From a virus, in the IMG/VR virus record IMGVR_UViG_3300022935_000010, positions 32,001 through 96,000 of that record: a stretch of 64,000 bases of DNA, one strand, 5' to 3'. The position numbers and the translations under genes are program-made. Positions 9,679 to 17,279 of this stretch are shown here, piece by piece. The first letter of the stretch is position 1; every line of letters begins with the position of its first letter. The notes beneath the pieces were generated by a model that searched no databases, had not been told where the DNA came from, and saw only the letters and a list, made by a program, of their open reading frames with translations.

Positions 9679-10103
9679 TGGAGCTTTTTGACGTAGTAAA
9701 AACCATATTCAAAAAAGATCAGGACTGGGATAAGGTTTCTAGAAATGATAAGGTGAGAAATTTTTTCATGATTAATAGGATTATGTCAATCCAGTTCCCG
9801 ATACAGGCAGACCAATTCAATCACACTAAAATCTTACCAAGACCTGTAGTTGATTGGTGGCACGGAACCCTAAGCAAGCACTACACCAAAATTCCAGGAT
9901 GGATATTTACGAAAACTAAAAAAAGCAAAAAAGGTTCGGCTGCTAATACGAACTACGAAGCTTCGCCAGATGTTGAAAAGTTTGTTATGAATAGGTTTGA
10001 AATATCCAGGAGAGAATTAGTGGACCTTAAGAAGTTTTACCCAGAAAAATATCAACAGTGGATGGAATCAATTAAGGAACAATTAGATATGACAAAGAAG
10101 TAG
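9678..10103 (+). CDS. Probable clamp loader small subunit (T4 gp62-like)
   Basis: LFD....I, FFMINRIMS...Q.N, W....K pattern typical of gp62; in the same operon as gp44. Confidence 0.55.
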   Translation: MELFDVVKTIFKKDQDWDKVSRNDKVRNFFMINRIMSIQFPIQADQFNHTKILPRPVVDWWHGTLSKHYTKIPGWIFTKTKKSKKGSAANTNYEASPDVEKFVMNRFEISRRELVDLKKFYPEKYQQWMESIKEQLDMTKK

Positions 10104-10141
10104 GTTCGATATATAACATATACGCTCCTAATGGACATGAT

Positions 10142-10684
10142 ATGAGAAAGGATTTCAGAAAACTTATAGAAAAGGTAATTCAGAATTTAGACTGGGACAC
10201 AATTTTCGAAATACACAAGGCCTTCAAATTTGGTATTGGTGAAGGGAGTGAGGTAATACCTGGATTGAAAAGAAAGATTTTTAGCGAAGATCTTACAAAA
10301 AATGATGTAAAGAGCGAACTAAAAGCATTGTTAAGATTTGTAATCAATAATGATATTTCTAAGTTTTCTTACGGCCCTTGGATGCTATTCTGGTTTAATC
10401 AAGATTGGGATATAATGTTTGAAGATCCTGAGGTTGATGACCTGACCGAGGCGGAATTGGAGGAATTTAAAGTTGATTCTAGATTGGAGGTAATCTTTTC
10501 TCCCCAAAGGATTTGTTTGACTGTTGATGCTAGACCGGAAGTAAACGGGGATGAGTTATCAAGTGAAGAGGTAATTCTAACAAAAATGCTTAAAAGAGCT
10601 TTAAAATCTGAAAACTATGAACTTGCTGGAAAAATACAGGAAGTCTTGGATTCAAATAATTCTGAGTCAACAACAGATAAATAG
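10142..10684 (+). CDS. Hypothetical protein with C-terminal UVR-like motif
   Basis: LKRALKSENYELAGKIQEVL resembles the UvrB/C (UVR) coiled motif; GATATATA at 10108-10115. Confidence 0.6.
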   Translation: MRKDFRKLIEKVIQNLDWDTIFEIHKAFKFGIGEGSEVIPGLKRKIFSEDLTKNDVKSELKALLRFVINNDISKFSYGPWMLFWFNQDWDIMFEDPEVDDLTEAELEEFKVDSRLEVIFSPQRICLTVDARPEVNGDELSSEEVILTKMLKRALKSENYELAGKIQEVLDSNNSESTTDK

Positions 10685-10702
10685 ATAAAATAAATTCAAA
10701 CC

Positions 10703-11185
10703 TTGAGGTATATTAAAACTATAAATGAATTTTTTGATGTTGGTGTATTTGGTGACACTTATGGATATGGCGGAGCTAATGGTATCTTTAAGGTTCAGTA
10801 TAAACCCTACAAGGATCTTTCAGTTTCTGTTGGTCCTGACCCAAATCAAAAAAGGAATGTAAGAGGGTCTCAATTTCAGGTTGGTGATTTAGTTATAGGT
10901 ATTCCTGTAGATTCCAAAGACAAAGTTGCGGGAATGATCGTAAGGGCGGAAAGAACCCCAGATAACAAGTCCTATAAGTACTTCGTACAGGTTCACTCGA
11001 AAGGTAAAGATAGCGAGGAGGTTTTGGAGCTTATCCCAGACTCCGTTGAATTTATTGATAACGGGGATAAAGGACACAAGCAAATAATATCCCACTTTAA
11101 ACTAGATACTATGCCCTCTGGTGTTTACAATTCTCCTACGGTATACAACAACACTAAGCTTGGAATCGAAGCTATTGGAAGTTAG
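10703..11185 (+). CDS. Hypothetical protein, putative head-internal protein
   Basis: TTG start; N-terminal YIKTINEFF motif; GATAAATA at 10676-10683. Confidence 0.6.
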   Translation: MRYIKTINEFFDVGVFGDTYGYGGANGIFKVQYKPYKDLSVSVGPDPNQKRNVRGSQFQVGDLVIGIPVDSKDKVAGMIVRAERTPDNKSYKYFVQVHSKGKDSEEVLELIPDSVEFIDNGDKGHKQIISHFKLDTMPSGVYNSPTVYNNTKLGIEAIGS

Positions 11186-11212
11186 AAACTTTTGATCGTT
11201 TGCCTGCTAAAA
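11185..11212 (+). promoter_or_regulatory. Putative middle promoter GAAACTT-N16-TAAAA
   Basis: Matches the bipartite motif; ATG at 11220 lies just downstream, suggesting a near-leaderless mRNA. Confidence 0.6.
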
Positions 11213-11216
11213 CACT

Positions 11217-12098
11217 TTGATGATACTAGGCAGGAATTTAAATCGGATAGGTTATACTAGCAAGGTAATTGGTCCAAAGACCAAGGACGTGTCTATTTTT
11301 GCCGAAACTGTGTTGGGACTAGTTTCAGAAAATCAAGAAAGAGGCATATCTGTTACCTGTATAGAGGTAGAACAAGGATTCCATCCTTTGGACTTTTCCG
11401 TCATCGAGGACGGTAGCCAGGAATCTGATGTTATCTGGGAAGTTTTCCAATTTTTGAAGTCAAATCGACATCGTCTTTTCTTCTTCCTGCCAAGTTACTA
11501 TTTTTTGGGGAGTCAAATTCCTGAAGTTGTAACTGGCACAAAAGAAGTCTTAAAATCCCTATCTGTATTCCTTGACCAGGTTGGTGTAAGGGAAACGTCT
11601 ATAATTCTTAGGATTGGTAGCGCTTATGGTGCAAGGAAGCCTACTATGGAAAGATTTTGTGATGTGATAGAAGGGCTTGAGAGTTCAATAGGTGAAAAGC
11701 TTTCGGTGTGTAATGACGAGAAGCCAAGCCTTTTTTCTGTAACCGATTTATTAAGTGGGATATTTTACAGGATTGGGATCCCTATAGTTTTTAGATTTTT
11801 ACCACATCAGTTTAATGCTGGTAGCCTTTCTACTAGGGAGGCTTACTTTCTAGCGGTTTCAACTTGGGTTAAAGGAAAGGTACCTATTTTTATGCATTCT
11901 GAATCCTCCGAGGTTGATGAGAATGGTATTTCCCTTTCCCCAGCACCCTCTGATTATCTAAGACATCGAATACCAACTTTTGGTTTAGAAATAGATGTCA
12001 TCATAGATCTCCCAACAGGATTGAATGGGTGTATGCATTACTTGGCTAATTCGATTTCTTTCAAGCCAATGGTAATCAACAAAATTGGAAAGAAATAA
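11217..12098 (+). CDS. UV-damage endonuclease (UvsE/UVDE) homolog with degenerate metal-binding site; start may be ATG 11220
   Basis: UvsE scaffold (NDEK..FSV.DL, IPIVF, N.G.LS.REA..LA.STW, P..HSES, SDYL, P.FGL.IDV) with most His/Glu/Asp ligands replaced. Confidence 0.7.
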   Translation: MMILGRNLNRIGYTSKVIGPKTKDVSIFAETVLGLVSENQERGISVTCIEVEQGFHPLDFSVIEDGSQESDVIWEVFQFLKSNRHRLFFFLPSYYFLGSQIPEVVTGTKEVLKSLSVFLDQVGVRETSIILRIGSAYGARKPTMERFCDVIEGLESSIGEKLSVCNDEKPSLFSVTDLLSGIFYRIGIPIVFRFLPHQFNAGSLSTREAYFLAVSTWVKGKVPIFMHSESSEVDENGISLSPAPSDYLRHRIPTFGLEIDVIIDLPTGLNGCMHYLANSISFKPMVINKIGKK

Positions 12099-12117
12099 TT
12101 TTTATTGTACGCTTCCT

Positions 12118-12136
12118 TTGCTTAGTTTTGTCTAAA
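12118..12136 (+). promoter_or_regulatory. Bacteroidota-type housekeeping promoter (-7 TAnnTTTG) upstream of fpg/nei
   Basis: TTGCTTAGTTTTGTCTAAA, 18/19 identical to 5027-5045. Confidence 0.65.
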
Positions 12137-12144
12137 TTCTAAAT

Positions 12145-12939
12145 ATGCCGGAATTAGCTGAATTGAAATTAACCTCGGATTTTGTAAATCTAGCATCTGA
12201 GAATAAAGCCTTTACTCACATTAGTAAGAACCCGGACCACAAGTGGAATGAAATTGACTTTGGTGAGGATTTTACAATAGAATCCCAAAGTAGAGGAAAG
12301 GAAATTAAACTGGTGTTAAGATCTACACAAACAGATAGAACAAGTAATCTAATGATGACTATGGGTATGGGAGGGCATTTTCAATGGGCAAATCCAAGGG
12401 AAAGCATTAAGCACACACATCTTTTTTTCCATGCTAAAAATGGAGGACACCTAGCCTTTGTTGACGTTCGTAGATTTGGTAAATGGAAATGGGGAGATTG
12501 GAATAAAGATAGAGGCCCAGATCCTACCACCGAGTATTTTTTGTTCTGTAACAATATATTGAAGAATTTACATAAACTTGCTTTTGATCATCCTATCTAC
12601 GAGGTTTTAATGAATCAGAGATATTTCAATGGGATTGGGAATTACCTTAGAGCTGAAATATTGTTTCGAATACCCGATGAGGATCCGTTTGTTCCTGCAC
12701 GAGATTACATAAAGAGGAATACATGGGAGCTTTTTGAACTCTGTCGGGACATCCCAATTAAAGTTTATGAAATTGGTGGTGGTACTATAAAGGACTGGAA
12801 AAACCCTTTTGGGGAGGTTTCATCAGTTTCAGATCTTATGTTATGCTATGGAAATCCACATATGCTCAAAATTAAAGACAGAGGTGGGAGGATGTTCTGG
12901 TATGACCCAAAATGGAAAAGAATAGAATATGATAGATAA
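12145..12939 (+). CDS. Fpg/Nei-family DNA glycosylase/AP lyase, zincless-finger (NEIL1/Nei1-like)
   Basis: Catalytic N-terminal MPELAE, RGKE, FVDVRRFG, H2TH motif FNGIGNYLRAEIL; no C4 zinc finger, ends with GRMFWY. Confidence 0.9.
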   Translation: MPELAELKLTSDFVNLASENKAFTHISKNPDHKWNEIDFGEDFTIESQSRGKEIKLVLRSTQTDRTSNLMMTMGMGGHFQWANPRESIKHTHLFFHAKNGGHLAFVDVRRFGKWKWGDWNKDRGPDPTTEYFLFCNNILKNLHKLAFDHPIYEVLMNQRYFNGIGNYLRAEILFRIPDEDPFVPARDYIKRNTWELFELCRDIPIKVYEIGGGTIKDWKNPFGEVSSVSDLMLCYGNPHMLKIKDRGGRMFWYDPKWKRIEYDR

Positions 12940-13636
12940 AAGAATTTTAGAGAATTGTCTCTTCTTAGATGTTGAGACTGCAACAGGCTGTCCTGATTTT
13001 GAAACCCTGTCTGAGGTGGATCCTAGACTAGCGGAACTTTGGAAAAAGAGAGCAAAATACTACAGAACTGTATACGAGGATATGAACGGACTTGCTACTT
13101 CTGAGATTTATAAAGAAAAAGCAACTCTGGAGCCGGAATTTTCAAAAGTAGTTTGTGTGTCCTTTGGTGTACATCAAGAGAATGGGCAGTTTCGTATGAC
13201 TTCCTTCTACGGAGAGGACGAGGAAGATATTCTCATGAAGACTGCTAAGGTTTTTAATAATGCTCTTGCTAAGAACATGAAGCTCGCAGGACATAATATA
13301 AAGGGCTTTGATATTCCCTGCCTTGGTAAGAGGATGATTTATAAACTAAGTTCTCCTGTGCTTCCACAAAACCTTGTTATTTGGGACAAAAAGCCATGGG
13401 AGATTCCATATTTGGATACGTCGGAGGTTTTCTCATTTGGTAGTTGGTCGCACCAAAAGTACCTTTCACTAGACCTTCTTGCTTGTTCGTTAGGAGTTGA
13501 CTCCCCTAAGGGTGATATGGACGGATCTAAGGTTAGTGAAGCCTACTGGAATGATAGAGATTTTGAAAAGATTAAAGAATATTGTGAAAGGGATGTCCAA
13601 ACCGTAATAGACGTCCTAAACAAAGTAGCAACATAG
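12929..13636 (+). CDS. DnaQ-like 3'-5' exonuclease (PolB-exo2 type)
   Basis: ExoI FLDVET, ExoII GHNIKGFDIP, ExoIII YCERDV; KKPWEIPYLDT and SPKGDMDGSKV resemble the stand-alone family common in Bacteroidota. Confidence 0.88.
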   Translation: MIDKRILENCLFLDVETATGCPDFETLSEVDPRLAELWKKRAKYYRTVYEDMNGLATSEIYKEKATLEPEFSKVVCVSFGVHQENGQFRMTSFYGEDEEDILMKTAKVFNNALAKNMKLAGHNIKGFDIPCLGKRMIYKLSSPVLPQNLVIWDKKPWEIPYLDTSEVFSFGSWSHQKYLSLDLLACSLGVDSPKGDMDGSKVSEAYWNDRDFEKIKEYCERDVQTVIDVLNKVAT

Positions 13637-13660
13637 AATTTCCTTTTTCTATTTCCTTCG

Positions 13661-13701
13661 GGGATTGTTTGGATATATAAAGTCCAAATAATCCCTTTTT
13701 T
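13661..13701 (+). terminator. 13-bp hairpin plus T6, overlapping the late promoter GATATATA (13672-13679), which lies mostly in its loop
   Basis: GGGATTGTTTGGA-TATATAAAG-TCCAAATAATCCC-TTTTTT, directly followed by the GTG start at 13702. Confidence 0.75.
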
Positions 13702-14493
13702 GTGGGCGCAGTTTTAGATTTTAACAGATTTGTTTTAAATGAGGATAAGATTGGTTCTTTTTATAACGATGAACTAAATCCAAAGTTCTGGGACAAATAC
13801 AAAAACAAGAATGGTGAAACCCAATGGGTCTTTGATAGGCTAGTAAGAAAAAAGCTGCTTAAGATAGCCGAAGACTTCTATGAAAAATATAGTGATCTAT
13901 TGGGAGACCTACCTATCGAGGATATACAACTCACTGGATCACTAGCTAATTTTAACTATACAGATAAGTCAGATCTTGATGTTCACGTGCTGGTTGACTT
14001 TAATAAGGTAAAGTCAAAACCAGAGATGGTAAAAGCAGCAGTTGATGGTATTAGGTTTGTTTGGAATCTAAGACATGATGTTGTTATTAGAAACCATGAC
14101 GTTGAGCTTTATCTCCAGAATATACACGAGCCACATACAGCTTCTGGCCTTTATTCCCTGCTTAATGATAAGTGGATTAGAAAACCAAAGTTTGATCCCC
14201 CGGAGGTAGACGAGCAAGATGTAAGAAAGAAGTTTGATGGATTAGCATCCGAGATTAATCAAATGGAATCAAAGCTTGTTATTTCTGCATCACTTCCCAA
14301 AGATGCAAAGGAGATGTATAAAAGACTTCTTAGGCTGAAGGAGAAGATACAGAAAATGAGAAAAGACGGACTTTCAAAGGACGGAGAATTCTCGATAGGT
14401 AACCTCGCCTTTAAAATGCTAAGAAACGAGGGATATATAAGTAAGCTCATAGATTTAATTTCAAAAGCTTACGCTAGAATTTATTCAGAGTAA
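13702..14493 (+). CDS. Pol-beta-superfamily nucleotidyltransferase, putative virion protein
   Basis: GSLANFNYTDKSDLDVHV (GS..DxD motif) and a later acidic residue in DVELY; N-terminal LDFNRFVLNE motif. Confidence 0.82.
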   Translation: MGAVLDFNRFVLNEDKIGSFYNDELNPKFWDKYKNKNGETQWVFDRLVRKKLLKIAEDFYEKYSDLLGDLPIEDIQLTGSLANFNYTDKSDLDVHVLVDFNKVKSKPEMVKAAVDGIRFVWNLRHDVVIRNHDVELYLQNIHEPHTASGLYSLLNDKWIRKPKFDPPEVDEQDVRKKFDGLASEINQMESKLVISASLPKDAKEMYKRLLRLKEKIQKMRKDGLSKDGEFSIGNLAFKMLRNEGYISKLIDLISKAYARIYSE

Positions 14494-14511
14494 AAACTTT
14501 ATTAGAATAGC

Positions 14512-17211
14512 ATGATACTAGTATTTAGAAAGGGCCTTGAATATAATGGGAGCATGAACGGCCTCCCAGAAAACCAAGACGAGAACATTTTCCCAATCAT
14601 GTCGGTTCCTCTTGATTTAGAGGGCGAAGAAACTGACCTTAATGATTTTCAATGGTGGGCATATTCTGACAAGTGGAATGAGTGGCTAAAAGATAACCCA
14701 AGAGAATGGAAAGCTGAATCTCATGACGTGAGGTTTGATAAGGCTGAGCAAATTTTAGAAGGTATAGTAACTGCTAAAAATCCTGTTACCGAATACGTTT
14801 CCCACCAGGCTAAGAGTTTATGGAAAAACGGTGAGGTTTCTTCCTTTTCTGATTATGTAAAAATGTTAGAAGCAGAAAGCACATCTGGATCTAGAGATGC
14901 TGCTAAGAAGTTTATTAAACTCGGGTATGCTTTAGAAAAACTTTCAAAAGAAGGAAAGCTTAAAGACGTCTTAAAGATGGAAGATCTCGAAGATGATAAG
15001 GAATATGCGGTTGTTGTCGATCCAATGACCGAGAGCGGTGACCCAGTTCAAGAGGCAAGACAGGCTTTGAGAATAAAGAAAATTGGGGATTCTGCCGGTA
15101 TCATTATAGCTGAGGTTGATTACAGCATCCCATTGGGTGAAGTAGAGGACACTAAGGATTTCATGGACAAGGTCGCAGAATTTGCTAAAGATGTAGCAAT
15201 TGGAGGTGCAGGTCTTGCGGCACTTTATGGTGTAGCTCAAGTAGCTGGGTCTCTGTTCTTAGGATGGCAACTTTTAAAAGGAGCACGTGGTATTTACCGT
15301 ACGCTCGGAAGGGCTAGAAGAATTCATAGCGCTGTTGCCGGTGCAAGAACTGCAGGAGCACCTGCTTGGAACACGGTTAGATCTTTTGCTACAAGAGCTT
15401 TTACAAGAAGAGCAGGGGCACAAGCAGTTGCAAATGCTGCTAGAATTACCTTACCTTCCGGTGCATTTGTTGAGGGCGGATTAGCTTACTCTACAAGAGC
15501 AACTGGAAATGTTCTTTTAAAAGGTGCAGCAGAAAAATCCGTTAAGTCAGCAGCACAAAGACTGGTAGCTCAAGGCGGAGCAAGAGCGGCAACAGCAGTA
15601 GCTGGTAGAGGAGCTGTAGCTGCTGGTGCAAGCTCAGCTGTAGCTGCTGAAGCTTCTAATCCAGTCGGATGGATTTTGCTAGCAGCTCAGGCAGTCGGTT
15701 CTGGAATTAATCAACTATGGAATTGGTATAGTGATAAACAAGCACCTAGGTACGGTGAAGTTGAGGACTTTGCATATGGAAGTTTTAATCCTAAAAATAT
15801 TCCTGTAGGAAAGGCAATAACCGTTTGCTGGACTAGCGACGGTGGTGCAGGATGGGGTGAATATATCCTGGATATCTTAACTATGTCTAAGGATGATACT
15901 AGAACAACTATGGAATTGGTCAAACTTGGTGAGTTTGATGATAGGTCAGTTTTTGTAATGCTTCAAGTAAACTCAGAAATGTTTGAAAAGGCTATGAAGG
16001 ATAACGACCTTATACTACTGTCTTTTGCTAACAATGATAAATTTGAAAGAGGAACATTTGATAATGATGATCTGGAATTCCAAACTATAGTTATTCCTGA
16101 TATTACTGAACTTACAATTGGTACATCCTTTGTTGGATACTCAACATGGACCGAAATGAAAGAGGCTTATAAAGAGAGCCCTGATAGCCCAATTTACGTA
16201 CCAAGCGGAGCAAGAAAGGATTATCAATTCCATTACACAGACAAGGACGGAAACGATGTAAATGTAACTGGAACCCTTGTAAATGAAAATGAGATAAGTG
16301 ACACAGTCCTACAGGATTTAGTTCCTGGTGCAGCTGGTGCTGTTGAGGAATCTGCTAGTCCCGGTCTAGATTATTCGCACCTGGTAAATGAAAGCAAGGT
16401 ATTATCATTCAACGACTTCTCAAATAGAGCTAATCCTATAATGGAAGAAGACGAAAACTCTCCAGAAGAAGATGGGAATACAGAAAATGCTGAGAGTACA
16501 GAATCCACTGAATCCACAGAAGGGAATACTTACGAGGAAGATTTGCTAACCTCTCTTTCTGCTGCATCTCCACTCGAGACAGAATATAGTCAAATACCAG
16601 TATTAGCATATAGAGTTAATAGAATAAGTTTTGTCGACCCAACTGTTAATGAAGATGTTGATCAGTTTAACTACTTTATAATCGGCGAGCAAAGTATGGA
16701 TCCTAAACCAAATCAGCCAATCCTGGTTGAATCCGCTTCGGAGGATGCTATTGAAGAACCTAGATTTGGATTGAAAACATACGTACCTCCAGTAGAGGAT
16801 GATGAAAAAAAGGATGATAAGGAAGATGAGATTGATGACCCTGAAGTAATTGATATCGAAGACGTCGATGAACCATCATCTAAAATGGTAAGAACACAAA
16901 GAGGCGATGTTCAAATAAAAAGCAAATCAGGATCCCTAACTATTAAAGATAGAGAAATGGAAGGTGGCATTAACATCTTTGATGAATTTGCAAACTCTAG
17001 CTTGAAGAAAAAACTTAATATCGATGATTGGAAAAACATAACTAGCGTAAAGGTTAGGTATGATAATGAGGGAGAACCTAAAAAGGTAATTTTGAAAAAC
17101 AGGTTTGCAAAAGTTGGTGATAGGAGAAGGGTTTTACAGAAAGGGGAGCAAGGATTTGAATCTGCTTTAAAATTTGCAGAGTCTGTAGAAGATGGTATAT
17201 CTTTCTCCTGA
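14512..17211 (+). CDS. Large putative head-internal/ejection protein with hydrophobic Ala/Gly/Arg-rich core
   Basis: 899 aa; GATATATA at 14432-14439; SSFSDY..MLE and LVNES..LSFNDF motifs; two hydrophobic segments; directly upstream of gp21. Confidence 0.6.
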   Translation: MILVFRKGLEYNGSMNGLPENQDENIFPIMSVPLDLEGEETDLNDFQWWAYSDKWNEWLKDNPREWKAESHDVRFDKAEQILEGIVTAKNPVTEYVSHQAKSLWKNGEVSSFSDYVKMLEAESTSGSRDAAKKFIKLGYALEKLSKEGKLKDVLKMEDLEDDKEYAVVVDPMTESGDPVQEARQALRIKKIGDSAGIIIAEVDYSIPLGEVEDTKDFMDKVAEFAKDVAIGGAGLAALYGVAQVAGSLFLGWQLLKGARGIYRTLGRARRIHSAVAGARTAGAPAWNTVRSFATRAFTRRAGAQAVANAARITLPSGAFVEGGLAYSTRATGNVLLKGAAEKSVKSAAQRLVAQGGARAATAVAGRGAVAAGASSAVAAEASNPVGWILLAAQAVGSGINQLWNWYSDKQAPRYGEVEDFAYGSFNPKNIPVGKAITVCWTSDGGAGWGEYILDILTMSKDDTRTTMELVKLGEFDDRSVFVMLQVNSEMFEKAMKDNDLILLSFANNDKFERGTFDNDDLEFQTIVIPDITELTIGTSFVGYSTWTEMKEAYKESPDSPIYVPSGARKDYQFHYTDKDGNDVNVTGTLVNENEISDTVLQDLVPGAAGAVEESASPGLDYSHLVNESKVLSFNDFSNRANPIMEEDENSPEEDGNTENAESTESTESTEGNTYEEDLLTSLSAASPLETEYSQIPVLAYRVNRISFVDPTVNEDVDQFNYFIIGEQSMDPKPNQPILVESASEDAIEEPRFGLKTYVPPVEDDEKKDDKEDEIDDPEVIDIEDVDEPSSKMVRTQRGDVQIKSKSGSLTIKDREMEGGINIFDEFANSSLKKKLNIDDWKNITSVKVRYDNEGEPKKVILKNRFAKVGDRRRVLQKGEQGFESALKFAESVEDGISFS

Positions 17212-17245
17212 TAAAAAAACGTCAAATTTTCTGAAAAAGAAAATG

Positions 17246-17253
17246 GATATATA
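17246..17253 (+). promoter_or_regulatory. Late promoter GATATATA for the protease/scaffold-MCP operon
   Basis: Intergenic, 26 nt before the ATG at 17280. Confidence 0.7.
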
Positions 17254-17279
17254 AAGTTAAATAATAGCAAAGTCAAGAA

